Below are positions 35,038 through 44,151 of a DNA stretch of 64,000 bases, piece by piece. The DNA comes from Chitinophagales bacterium (GTDB lineage Bacteria; Bacteroidota; Bacteroidia; Chitinophagales; LD1): contig JBGAUW010000005.1 of NCBI GenBank assembly GCA_044228435.1, forward strand, positions 76,061-140,060, written 5' to 3'. Within the stretch, counting starts at the first letter, position 1, and the number at the start of each line of letters is the position of its first letter. The notes under the pieces were generated by a model. It saw only the letters and a list, made by a program, of their open reading frames with translations, was not told the origin of the DNA and ran no database searches. Made by a program: the position numbers and the translations under genes.

Positions 35038-35992
35038 TTTGTTTGTTTTTTAGACTTAGCGGGTACAAAATAAAATACCATATTATAAAACTAAAAGATA
35101 CAAGAATTATAATTACCCGCAATAGCTGTGGCATTACATTATAATACCGGGTAACAAAGCTTTCAAGTATGGCGGCCACCACAAATACGGGTATTAAGCC
35201 TATAATAATTTTAAGGCTGCGTTTTGCTGCCTCTGTAAGCGAATCTAACCGCGAGTAAGTGCCCGGAAAAACAATACTGTTGCCCAGCACCATACCTGCA
35301 CCGGCCGCAATTACAATAGCCGAAAGTTCTAACGCGCCATGCAGGTAAATAGCCAGCATAGCAGTAGTAAAAACCTGCTTTTGATAAAATAAATATTGAA
35401 AAGCGCCTACCATAACGCCATTGCTAAACAGCATATACACCGAACCTACCGAAAAGAAAATACCCATTACATAAGCTAAAAATGACACATAAATATTATT
35501 GGTGCTAATGGCAAAAAACATTTCCTGCTGGTGCATTTTTGAATAAACAGCCATAGGGTCGCCCTTTTCAATGTTTTCCAGAGTCATATTTACATAACTA
35601 TCGCCCATTATCAGCCGCGTAAAATTTTCGTCGTTGGCCGACGATACCGTGCCTATAAGTATTGAAGTTACAAATATGAGCAGTGCATAAAATAACTGGC
35701 GATGGCTTTTTAATACTGCGTAGGGCACTTCATATTTCCAAAAGGTAAGTATACGGCTGCCCCGCTCTCTTTTATTCTTGTAAATAGCCCGGTGAAAATG
35801 AGCTGTTAGTTCGTTAAGATATTTGGTGGTATTACTTTTAGGGTAAAAAGTACGGGCATAAGCAAGGTCATCCTGCAGGCCGAGGTATAAATCAGAAAGT
35901 TCATCGGCAGAAACGTTGTTCGACGATTTAACTATCTGTTCAAACTTTTCCCACTTAGGGCCGTTGTTTTTAATAAATACTACTTCTCTCAC
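35012..35992 (-). CDS. stage II sporulation protein M-like (DUF95) membrane protein
   Basis: 326-aa ORF. Soluble N-terminal ~90 aa, then about 6 TM helices. Resembles SpoIIM/DUF95 family proteins found in this conserved cluster. Confidence 0.55.
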   Translation of the reverse strand: MREVVFIKNNGPKWEKFEQIVKSSNNVSADELSDLYLGLQDDLAYARTFYPKSNTTKYLNELTAHFHRAIYKNKRERGSRILTFWKYEVPYAVLKSHRQLFYALLIFVTSILIGTVSSANDENFTRLIMGDSYVNMTLENIEKGDPMAVYSKMHQQEMFFAISTNNIYVSFLAYVMGIFFSVGSVYMLFSNGVMVGAFQYLFYQKQVFTTAMLAIYLHGALELSAIVIAAGAGMVLGNSIVFPGTYSRLDSLTEAAKRSLKIIIGLIPVFVVAAILESFVTRYYNVMPQLLRVIIILVSFSFIIWYFILYPLSLKNKQNGKQNSAA

Positions 35993-36067
35993 AGGTTTTG
36001 TATTGCTATTTTAGCAACGTAATATAAACACGATATATTCAAAAAACATAAAATCATTTTTTAGCCA

Positions 36068-36778
36068 GTGAACTCGTTAGATATAAACACCTCGCACAAT
36101 GTAACCATTCAATATGAAGTGGGCAGCCTTGCCGACCGTATGCTGGCGTACCTGATAGACTCGATTATTAAAGTGGGTTATATAATTTTTATAGCGGTGG
36201 TTTATTTTGGCATTTTTGACGGCAAAAATGCGTACTGGCTTTTAGCCTTACTGGCGCTGCCATTTTTGTTTTACAGTTTACTGTTCGAAACCTTTATGGA
36301 GGGCCAAACCCCCGGCAAGCGGATACGCCAAATAAAAGTAGTAAAACTGGATGGCGCACAAGCCGGATTTGGGGCTTATTTAATACGCTGGATGTTCCGG
36401 CTTATAGACATTAACATCCTTTCGGGTATGGTAGCCATCATAACTATTCTGGTTAATAAAAGGGGCCAGCGCCTGGGTGATATTTTGGCGCAAACTGCTG
36501 TAATAAGAGTGCAGGACCGCGTACTGCTAAAAGATACGCTATACGAAAGAGTTAACAGTAATCACCAGGTTACCTACCCTGAGGCGCAAAAGCTAACCGG
36601 CGAAGATATTGTGTTAATTAAACGCGTTTTAAACACCCCCAATTACCGCGATAATTTTGAAATGTTTTATACGCTTACCAATAAAATACAGGCTAAAATG
36701 GGCGTAACCCGTACCGAAAGCCCCGAAGATTTTTTAAGCATTGTTGTTAAGGATTACAATCATTTACAGGATGAGTGA
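36068..36778 (+). CDS. RDD family membrane protein
   Basis: 236-aa ORF. N-terminal R..A..ID (ADRMLAYLIDSII), a central Arg and a later RLGD, with 3 TM helices. Confidence 0.7.
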   Translation: MNSLDINTSHNVTIQYEVGSLADRMLAYLIDSIIKVGYIIFIAVVYFGIFDGKNAYWLLALLALPFLFYSLLFETFMEGQTPGKRIRQIKVVKLDGAQAGFGAYLIRWMFRLIDINILSGMVAIITILVNKRGQRLGDILAQTAVIRVQDRVLLKDTLYERVNSNHQVTYPEAQKLTGEDIVLIKRVLNTPNYRDNFEMFYTLTNKIQAKMGVTRTESPEDFLSIVVKDYNHLQDE

Positions 36779-37589
36779 AAACCTTCGCATTACCCTTATA
36801 CAAACCAGCCTGCATTGGGAAAACATTCCGGTTAACCTTAAAATGTTTACCGATAAAATAGCAGCTGTTGAGCAAACCGACCTGATTATATTGCCGGAAA
36901 TGTTTAGCACCGGGTTTAGCATGAATGCCAGAGCATTGGCTGAAGATATGCATGGTTCGGCGGTGCAATGGATGAAAAGAACGGCCGCGGCAAAAGACTG
37001 TGTGCTGTGTGGCAGTTTGCTAATTAAAGAAGGCGATCGATTTTTTAACCGCCTGGTGTGGATGCAACCTGATGGGCAATTTGAGCTATACGATAAGCGC
37101 CATTTGTTTTCGCTTAGCACCGAACCACAAATTTTTACCGCAGGTAATGAACGCCTGATAGTTACTTTAAAGGGCTGGAAGATTTGCCCGATGGTATGTT
37201 ACGATTTACGCTTTCCGGTGTGGGCACGCAATACGATAAATGCAGAAACAGACAAACCGGCTTACGATTTGCTGGTGTATGTAGCTAACTGGCCGGAGCA
37301 GCGCAATTTTGCATGGAAAAGCCTGCTGGTTGCGCGTGCCATAGAAAATCAGGCGTATGTTGCGGGCGTAAACCGCATAGGGCAGGATATTACCGGTATA
37401 AACCACAGCGGCGACACCATGGTGCTCGACGCCGTAGGCAGCACTTTATATACTAAAGCGCACACCGAAGATGTTTTTACTATTGAACTAGATTTTGAAG
37501 CCCTGCAGAAAATAAGAGAACGGCTGCCCTTTTTAAAAAGCGCCGATGAATTTGAGTTGAACCATAAAAAGAAAATTAAAAGCCACTAA
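36771..37589 (+). CDS. carbon-nitrogen hydrolase family amidohydrolase (YafV/omega-amidase-like)
   Basis: The ORF track starts at 36741. The ATG at 36771 (MSENLRITLIQ) overlaps the upstream stop (ATGAGTGA). Glu-Lys-Cys triad contexts ILPEMFSTGF, LYDKRHLF, CYDLRFP. Confidence 0.85.
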   Translation: MSENLRITLIQTSLHWENIPVNLKMFTDKIAAVEQTDLIILPEMFSTGFSMNARALAEDMHGSAVQWMKRTAAAKDCVLCGSLLIKEGDRFFNRLVWMQPDGQFELYDKRHLFSLSTEPQIFTAGNERLIVTLKGWKICPMVCYDLRFPVWARNTINAETDKPAYDLLVYVANWPEQRNFAWKSLLVARAIENQAYVAGVNRIGQDITGINHSGDTMVLDAVGSTLYTKAHTEDVFTIELDFEALQKIRERLPFLKSADEFELNHKKKIKSH

Positions 37590-37951
37590 TGCCCTTATTA
37601 AACGAACATAAAAGTGAAGATGAAAAAAGCTTTGCACTGCGCTGGTACGAGGTACGTAACCGGGTAAAAAATGAATTTGGCCAGCGACCCGATATTAATG
37701 CCATGCTATTTTTAATAGGCATTAATGAGGTGGGCATTGTAAAAGATAAATGGGAGAAAGAAGAAAAGCAGGACCTGATGCACGTGGCTATCTGTAAGCT
37801 TTTTTCAACCGATGGCTACTTTAAATACCTGGGTAATGATGATGAAGGCTGGCCACAATACGAAACCGTGCAAAACATACCTAAGCTGGTTTTAAAAGAG
37901 CAGGACGAAACGCTTAAGCGGAAGATTGTAGAGTATTTTGAGGGGTTGTAA
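37589..37951 (+). CDS. hypothetical protein
   Basis: 120-aa ORF whose ATG overlaps the upstream TAA. No recognisable motif. Confidence 0.5.
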   Translation: MPLLNEHKSEDEKSFALRWYEVRNRVKNEFGQRPDINAMLFLIGINEVGIVKDKWEKEEKQDLMHVAICKLFSTDGYFKYLGNDDEGWPQYETVQNIPKLVLKEQDETLKRKIVEYFEGL

Positions 37952-37975
37952 ATCTTTTTTAAAAAAATAAATTTG
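37946..37975 (+). promoter_or_regulatory. Bacteroidota-type promoter candidate for the small Zn-ribbon ORF
   Basis: TTG at 37946-37948 and TAAATTTG (exact TAnnTTTG) at 37968-37975, 19-nt spacing, 40 nt upstream of the ATG at 38016. Confidence 0.35.
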
Positions 37976-38015
37976 ATTATTTTCGAATATCTTTTTTAAC
38001 CGTAAAGTTCTGTGT

Positions 38016-38189
38016 ATGGCAAATTTAAGTGAGCAAGTCGGAAATATCAAGCATTTGGATTGTTCGTCGTGTGGTAAAAGGACATCCCATATTTTTTGTT
38101 CTGAATTTGTAAGTAGAATTCAAACATGGACGGATTATTTTTGGAAATGTACTGGTTGTGACAAAAGAATATATGTGAAAAAAGGTTGA
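38016..38189 (+). CDS. small CxxC...CxxC zinc-ribbon-like protein (57 aa), absent from the ORF track
   Basis: Hand translation: MANLSEQVGNIKHLDCSSCGKRTSHIFCSEFVSRIQTWTDYFWKCTGCDKRIYVKKG. Cys pairs at 16/19 and 45/48. Lies in an otherwise empty 294-nt gap with a promoter-like box upstream. Confidence 0.35.
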   Translation: MANLSEQVGNIKHLDCSSCGKRTSHIFCSEFVSRIQTWTDYFWKCTGCDKRIYVKKG

Positions 38190-38245
38190 TTTTGGAAATA
38201 CAAGCGCAGCAAAAGCCAGTTGATATCAATCTAACAACCACCTAA

Positions 38246-39322
38246 TTAAAAATTCACGCCGCCCTCTTTCAGTTTCTCACTCTGCTCAGCTACGGCAAGG
38301 GCATCAATCATTTCGTTAATGTTGCCATCCATAAACACCTGCAGGTTGTAAATAGAAAGGTTTATGCGGTGGTCGGTAATACGGCCTTGTGGGTAGTTGT
38401 ACGTTCTGATTTTGGCAGAGCGGTCGCCGGTGCTTACCAAAGTTTTACGGCGGGCGGCGATTTCATCTTCGTGTTTGCGCACCGCTGTTTCGTAAATTTT
38501 GGTTTTCAGCATCTTCATAGCATGCTCGCGGTTTTTGTGCTGCGAACGCTCCTGCTGGCACTCTACTACTGTATTGGTTGGTATGTGCGTTAAACGCACC
38601 GCACTCTCCGTTCTGTTTACGTGCTGCCCGCCCGCACCCGAAGCACGGAACACATCTAATCTAATATCCGCCGGGTTAATGTAAACCTCTACTTCATCGG
38701 CCTCGGGCAACACCGCTACCGTAACTGCCGATGTATGCACACGGCCTTTGGCTTCGGTTTCGGGTATGCGCTGCACGCGGTGCACACCGCTTTCAAACTT
38801 TAACCTTCCGTATACATTTTCTCCGCTAATTTCTAATACAATTTCTTTATAACCGCCTACGCTACCTTCGTTGGCATTGGCTATTACTACCTGCCAGCCT
38901 ATGGTTTCGCAATAGCGGGTATACATACGGGCAAGGTCGCCTACAAAAATACTCGCCTCATCGCCACCGGTACCGGCACGAATTTCTAACAGTACATTAC
39001 GCTCATCTTCCGGCTCTTTAGGAACTAACAGAGTTTTTAACTCGTCCTCCAGTTTACTTTTATCGGTTTCTAACTGCGATAAATCGTTTTTAGCTAATTC
39101 GCGGAACTCCTCATCGCTTTCAGTGGCAATAATCTGTTTATTGGTATCAATGTTGGCCAATACATTGCGGTATTCATCATACACCTTTACCACCTTCTCC
39201 AGCTCCCTGTATTCTTTATTAAGCTGCGTAAAGCGCTTCATATCGCTCATAGTAGCAGGATCGCTAAGCGTTTTGCCTACCTCAATAAACTTTCCTTTTA
39301 TATTTTCTAACTGGCTGAACAT
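38246..39322 (-). CDS. prfA: peptide chain release factor 1
   Basis: 358-aa ORF. GGQ motif SGAGGQHVNRTES and RF1-type tripeptide region VHRVQRIPETEAKGRVHTS. Confidence 0.95.
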   Translation of the reverse strand: MFSQLENIKGKFIEVGKTLSDPATMSDMKRFTQLNKEYRELEKVVKVYDEYRNVLANIDTNKQIIATESDEEFRELAKNDLSQLETDKSKLEDELKTLLVPKEPEDERNVLLEIRAGTGGDEASIFVGDLARMYTRYCETIGWQVVIANANEGSVGGYKEIVLEISGENVYGRLKFESGVHRVQRIPETEAKGRVHTSAVTVAVLPEADEVEVYINPADIRLDVFRASGAGGQHVNRTESAVRLTHIPTNTVVECQQERSQHKNREHAMKMLKTKIYETAVRKHEDEIAARRKTLVSTGDRSAKIRTYNYPQGRITDHRINLSIYNLQVFMDGNINEMIDALAVAEQSEKLKEGGVNF

Positions 39323-39408
39323 AGTTTGAGATTACACAGGTTAAAACTGATTACACCGATTTTTTGCGGCGCTAATTTAATTGAATTGGCGAAAGAGGGG
39401 AAGCGCCG

Positions 39409-40227
39409 CTAATACTTGTAAAAATCTACCTTTTCGGCTTTCATTATGCCCAGGCGGTTTTTTTCTAAAACGGCAAGCGAAACTCCGGTTGTGTCGGGTA
39501 AGGTAAATGATTTATGCTCCAGTGTAAGTGAATTGTAGGAGCTTAAAGTCCCGTTTTCGAAGTATACAATCTGGTCCTGCAAAATCTGGAATTTTTTAAG
39601 GCCTTTAATCGGAATTGTCTTCTCGTAGCTCCCAAAAATATCAAACACCATTACGCCAATAGCCGAATCGTTGAGGTACACCTTGTTATCGCGCTCAATC
39701 ATATAATTAGGATTGGGAGTTTGCTCCAACACCAGGTTTAGCTGCTGACTTTCTCTGAATATTTTGCCCGCTTCATCCAGCTTTTTAAGTTTAAAATCTA
39801 TGTTATCGTAAAACCAAATGCGCCCATCGGTAGACGAGGCAACGGCCGAAACATTCTGGTAGCCGAGGTCGAAAAAGTTATAGGTATTTATAGGCACTAA
39901 AAATTTATCGAGTATAACCACCGTCATAAAATCACTGTAAAACAGCATCATCTTCATTGGGTTGCTTACGTCTATCATCCCTATTTTGCCATACTTAAAT
40001 TCGCCATACCGGTACAAAAATTTACCATCGGGCGAATACTTAAGCACCTCGTTATTGGATGCTGAATAAAAATTACCAAAGTTATCTACGGCCATGCTGT
40101 TTGCCTTGGTGTCGTAGGAATTGATGAACGTGAAGGAAGTGGCAGATATGAAGATGCAAGACGCAAGACACAAAATAGCGGCCGCCAGACGATTGACGGC
40201 TGACGATTGACGATTGCGAACAGCCAT
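39409..40227 (-). CDS. hypothetical lipoprotein, beta-rich
   Basis: ORF 39409..40293. The internal Met at 40227 gives MAVRNRQSSAVNRLAAAILCLASC, a signal peptide with a lipobox-like LASC. No family recognised. Confidence 0.5.
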   Translation of the reverse strand: MAVRNRQSSAVNRLAAAILCLASCIFISATSFTFINSYDTKANSMAVDNFGNFYSASNNEVLKYSPDGKFLYRYGEFKYGKIGMIDVSNPMKMMLFYSDFMTVVILDKFLVPINTYNFFDLGYQNVSAVASSTDGRIWFYDNIDFKLKKLDEAGKIFRESQQLNLVLEQTPNPNYMIERDNKVYLNDSAIGVMVFDIFGSYEKTIPIKGLKKFQILQDQIVYFENGTLSSYNSLTLEHKSFTLPDTTGVSLAVLEKNRLGIMKAEKVDFYKY

Positions 40228-40330
40228 CCTTGTCGTTTCTATTTGAATGAATATGCTCTTAAATAGCTGTATCATAATTTTAAAACCCATCATTTCTTTT
40301 GCAATGGTCGATTGTCAGCCGTCAATAGTC
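40188..40330. repeat. 30-nt imperfect inverted repeat (26/30 complementary) bridging the lpxH stop and the start of the downstream gene
   Basis: Arm 1 at 40188-40218 (gacgattgacggctgacgattgacgattgcg). Arm 2 at 40301-40330 (gcaatggtcgattgtcagccgtcaatagtc). Perfect 13-bp core at 40192-40204 / 40314-40326. Confidence 0.6.
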
Positions 40331-41091
40331 GGCTGCTTATAGTATTTCAACTCCACCTTCTCTCCATCAAACACTGCATAGCTATAATAATCGAGCCAAT
40401 CTCCGGTGTTTATGTAACGGCTGGTTTCATTTAGCTTAATATCTAAGGGTAAATGGCGGTGGCCAAACACAAAAAAGTCGAAATGCTCTTTCTTTAATGT
40501 CTCACGGCAAAACTGTACCAGCCATTCCTTATCCTCATTGGTATATTGCTCAGCAACTGCCTTTTTGCCCTCGTTTCCAAAGCGGCTTTCGTACGAAAAA
40601 TAGCTGGCAATGCGTGTGCCAATATCGGGATGCAGCCACCTGAAAAAAAACTGGCATACCGGGTTAGAGAACACTTTTTTAATAAACTTATAGCCGTGGT
40701 CGCCGGGGCCCAGGCCATCGCCGTGGCCTATAAAAAACTTTTTGCCGTTAAACTCCCGCTGAGTTGGCCGGGTATGCACTTTGGCACCTAACTCCTTTTC
40801 AAAGTAGCCAAACATCCACAAATCGTGGTTGCCACTAAAAATGTGCACAGGTATGCCGGCATCGCAAAGCTCGGCAATTTTGCCCTGCAAACGCACAAAG
40901 CCCTTTGGTATTACGGTAGTGTATTCGTGCCAAAAATCGAAGATATCGCCTATTATAAAAATCTCTTGCGCATCGGCTTTTATTTCATCCAGCCATTGCA
41001 CAAAAAGCTTTTCGCGGGCGGCACTCAATTTTTCGTTGGGTGTGCCCAGGTGAAGGTCAGAAGCAAAGTAGATTTTCCCCGAAGGCTGCAT
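40315..41091 (-). CDS. lpxH: UDP-2,3-diacylglucosamine diphosphatase
   Basis: 258-aa ORF with calcineurin-like phosphoesterase motifs DLHLG, GDIFDFW, GNHD, GHRH, in LpxH-like order and length. Confidence 0.75.
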   Translation of the reverse strand: MQPSGKIYFASDLHLGTPNEKLSAAREKLFVQWLDEIKADAQEIFIIGDIFDFWHEYTTVIPKGFVRLQGKIAELCDAGIPVHIFSGNHDLWMFGYFEKELGAKVHTRPTQREFNGKKFFIGHGDGLGPGDHGYKFIKKVFSNPVCQFFFRWLHPDIGTRIASYFSYESRFGNEGKKAVAEQYTNEDKEWLVQFCRETLKKEHFDFFVFGHRHLPLDIKLNETSRYINTGDWLDYYSYAVFDGEKVELKYYKQPTIDG

Positions 41092-41119
41092 CGGGCTAAA
41101 ATAAAATTATTGTGGCAGC

Positions 41120-41953
41120 TTATGGGCGAAGAGAAGGCGGAATTGGCTTATCTACCAAAAACACATATACATCTTCAGTACCTTCGGCATTTAAAATAAG
41201 GCGTTGCTTATCGTAAAAGTGGCCATTGTTGCACGAGCCCAGCTTAATAATATTAGGTAGTTCGCCTTTATTAAGCGCGTAAAACTTCTCCAGTCCTTCT
41301 GCCTCAGTTGCTGCTAAATGAGCCACATCGGTAATTATAATGTGGGTTTTAGGGAAGCAGTGCAGCCTTCTGCGCGAAGCCTGCTTAGGGTTAAGTATGA
41401 TAGTTCCCTCATCAGCAATCAGGCTTTCGCAAAGCGAAATAGCAGCGTCTGAGTTTTCAATGGTATAGCCAATAGCACCCTTTTGAAAATTGCTTTCGCA
41501 AAAGGCATCTTTAATTTCGTTCTCCCAGCAAAAAATGTGCGACCAATTTCTTTCGGCCTTCAACATTCTTAAGCCTTCAATAGCTTCTTTCAGGTTTTCG
41601 CAAAAAACAAACTTACCGTTGGCTTGTATAAATTTTGTGGCAAAGCGTATGTCTAAGTCCTTCTCAACGTTTAAGGTATAAACCGGCGCAGTTACTTCTA
41701 CCGTGCGTAATGGAATTTCGCGTTCAGTTACACTTTCGGCACTTACGCGCGAGGTATAGGTTAATACCGGTTCGCTAAAAGCATTTACCGTTTCAGCCTG
41801 GCTGGTGCTAAACTTAACTTTTAAGTCAGATGAAGCCTCGGGTGCAGCAACAAGTGTTTCGGTAATTGTTTCTGTATTGTTTGTTTTTTCGGTGTACGAA
41901 AAAACGTTCTTCATCTTCGCAAAAAATCCGCTTCCGCTTTCTTCTTTAAACAT
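41120..41953 (-). CDS. LUD (LutC-like) domain-containing protein
   Basis: ORF 41120..42001; the internal Met (MFKEESGSG) is preferred. The C-terminal half resembles the LutC/YkgG layout (ADEGTIILNP...RRRLHCFPKTHIIITD). Tentative. Confidence 0.45.
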   Translation of the reverse strand: MFKEESGSGFFAKMKNVFSYTEKTNNTETITETLVAAPEASSDLKVKFSTSQAETVNAFSEPVLTYTSRVSAESVTEREIPLRTVEVTAPVYTLNVEKDLDIRFATKFIQANGKFVFCENLKEAIEGLRMLKAERNWSHIFCWENEIKDAFCESNFQKGAIGYTIENSDAAISLCESLIADEGTIILNPKQASRRRLHCFPKTHIIITDVAHLAATEAEGLEKFYALNKGELPNIIKLGSCNNGHFYDKQRLILNAEGTEDVYVFLVDKPIPPSLRP

Positions 41954-42028
41954 AGTGCCGGGGTTTTGTCGATAAAATATTATCGAAACCAAAATTAACA
42001 CTGCACTATGGCAAATAAAGTTTTATGC

Positions 42029-44083
42029 CTATGTATTCTCAACAGTAGCATTATGAGCGTCTGTGATTATAGACACGGTTAAAGTGCCATCCACATTCGG
42101 GTTGTTTTCGTCTACCGGTTCTTGCTTATCGTAAGGGCGTTTGCCTATCAGTGCTTCCAAATCATCTTTAAACAGCACTTCTTTCTCCAGCAACAAGGCT
42201 GCTAAGGCATCCAGTTCTTTGCGTTTATCTTTAAGCAGGTTTTGTGCACGCAAGTATTGCGCCTCTATAATTTTGCGCGATTCTTCATCAATCAGTTTCG
42301 ATGTTTCTTCGCTAAATGGCTTACTGAAAGAGTTCTGGTTTTGCATATCGTAAAACGATACGTTACCCACCTTTTCGTTCATACCAAAAATAGAAACCAT
42401 AGCATACGCAACACGTGTTACATGGTCAAGGTCGTTTTGCGCACCGGTAGAAATTTTATCAAACACCACACGTTCTGCAGCACGGCCGCCAAGGGTCATA
42501 CACATGCGGTCCAGCATTTCTTCTTCGCGCTCAATGTATTTTTCTTTAGGCAAATACTGTGCGTAGCCAAGTGCTGCAACACCCCGTGGTATTATACTCA
42601 CCTTCAACAATGGGTGCGCGTTCTCTAAAAACCAACCGCATACGGCGTGGCCGGCTTCGTGGTAAGCAATTATCTTTTTCTCTTCCGGCGAAATCAACTT
42701 ATTCTTCTTTTCAAGCCCTCCAATGGCACGGTCAACCGCATCATTAAAGTCCTGCATATCAATTTCGGTTTTATCCTTACGGGCAGCAATAAGGGCAGCC
42801 TCGTTACAAATGTTGGCTATATCGGCGCCAACAAAACCAGGGGTTAAAGCAGATAGTTTTTGCACATCTACCTTCGGGCTAAGCTTAATTGTTTTTAAGT
42901 GCACTTTAAAAATCTGTTCACGGCCCTTTAAGTCTGGCTTATCAATCGAAATCTGGCGGTCGAAACGGCCCGGACGAAGCAAGGCAGTATCTAGCACATC
43001 TGGCCGGTTAGTGGCGGCAATCATAATTACGCCTTTCTCTGAGCTAAAACCATCCATTTCCACCAACAACTGGTTAAGTGTGTTTTCGCGCTCATCGTTA
43101 CCCTGCACCAGGTTTTTGCCGCGTGCACGACCTATTGCATCAATCTCATCAATAAATATTATACAAGGGGCTTTTTCGCGGGCCTGGCGGAACAAATCGC
43201 GAACGCGCGAAGCACCTACACCCACAAACATCTCCACAAAATCGGAACCGCTAATGCTGAAAAACGGCACCTGAGCTTCGCCGGCCATAGCCTTGGCAAT
43301 TAAGGTTTTACCCGTTCCCGGAGGGCCTATTAATAAAGCGCCCTTTGGTATTTTACCACCCAACGCAGTATACTTTTTAGGGTTCTTTAAAAAGTTTACA
43401 ATCTCATGCACCTCTACTTTGGCTTCATCCAATCCGGCTACATCGTCAAAGGTTATGTTTATCTTCTCATCGCGGTCAAACAAAATGGCTTTGCTCTTTC
43501 CAATATTAAAGATGTTGCCACCCGGTCCGCCAATGCCGCCACCCGATTTGCGCAGCATAAAAATCCACAAGCCGGCAATAATCAATAACGGCAACAGCCA
43601 TGGCACTACGTCTCTCCACCAATCCTGGCGCAGTTCGTATTCTACGTTAACCGATGCAATGCCTGGTTTTTCCTTATAAAATTCGGTAATAAACTTATCA
43701 AAGGCATCGTTGCTTGGCACAGTTAAATGAAAGTGAGGGCCCTTGTTAGGCGAACCAAAACGATTGCTGGCAACCTTCTTGTACTTCTCTTTTTTAAGCG
43801 ATGAATCTTTAATAAAAACCTCGGCCAGCTTTTCGTTTACTATAATTATTTTGTCTACGTCATCATCCGTCATCATGGTGCGCAGGTCATTCATGTTACT
43901 TTTCTGGATATTCTCAGAAAAGAAAGACAGATTGATAGAAATAACTATGAAAGCGAATATGATTGCGTATACCCAGAAGTAGTTAAACTTAGGGTTTTCG
44001 TCTAAAATACCCTTCGGGCGTTTATTTTTAGGCTGTTCGCCCGATTGGTTGTTTTCTGCGTTTTTATTTTCCTGATTTTCCAT
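42029..44083 (-). CDS. ftsH: ATP-dependent zinc metalloprotease FtsH
   Basis: 684-aa ORF. Walker A GPPGTGKT, Walker B IIFIDEID, Zn motif HEAGHA, N-terminal TM helices. Confidence 0.95.
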   Translation of the reverse strand: MENQENKNAENNQSGEQPKNKRPKGILDENPKFNYFWVYAIIFAFIVISINLSFFSENIQKSNMNDLRTMMTDDDVDKIIIVNEKLAEVFIKDSSLKKEKYKKVASNRFGSPNKGPHFHLTVPSNDAFDKFITEFYKEKPGIASVNVEYELRQDWWRDVVPWLLPLLIIAGLWIFMLRKSGGGIGGPGGNIFNIGKSKAILFDRDEKINITFDDVAGLDEAKVEVHEIVNFLKNPKKYTALGGKIPKGALLIGPPGTGKTLIAKAMAGEAQVPFFSISGSDFVEMFVGVGASRVRDLFRQAREKAPCIIFIDEIDAIGRARGKNLVQGNDERENTLNQLLVEMDGFSSEKGVIMIAATNRPDVLDTALLRPGRFDRQISIDKPDLKGREQIFKVHLKTIKLSPKVDVQKLSALTPGFVGADIANICNEAALIAARKDKTEIDMQDFNDAVDRAIGGLEKKNKLISPEEKKIIAYHEAGHAVCGWFLENAHPLLKVSIIPRGVAALGYAQYLPKEKYIEREEEMLDRMCMTLGGRAAERVVFDKISTGAQNDLDHVTRVAYAMVSIFGMNEKVGNVSFYDMQNQNSFSKPFSEETSKLIDEESRKIIEAQYLRAQNLLKDKRKELDALAALLLEKEVLFKDDLEALIGKRPYDKQEPVDENNPNVDGTLTVSIITDAHNATVENT

Positions 44084-44151
44084 TTGCTCGTTTTTTCAAT
44101 GTCTCTTTCAGACGATTCTTCTTTTTATTTATTGTAATCTCAAATAGTTTT

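Noticed and set aside
39366-39409. GC-rich 8-bp stem gcggcgct / agcgccgc with a 28-nt loop just after the lipoprotein gene stop
   Set aside because: In the transcribed (minus) sense it is followed by an A-run, not a U-run, and the loop is long. It is not a canonical terminator and is left uncalled.
42723-43274. 183-aa plus-strand ORF (plus several shorter ones between 42141 and 43982) inside ftsH
   Set aside because: They are antisense to the FtsH AAA and protease core, with low-complexity Ser/Ala/Ile-rich translations.
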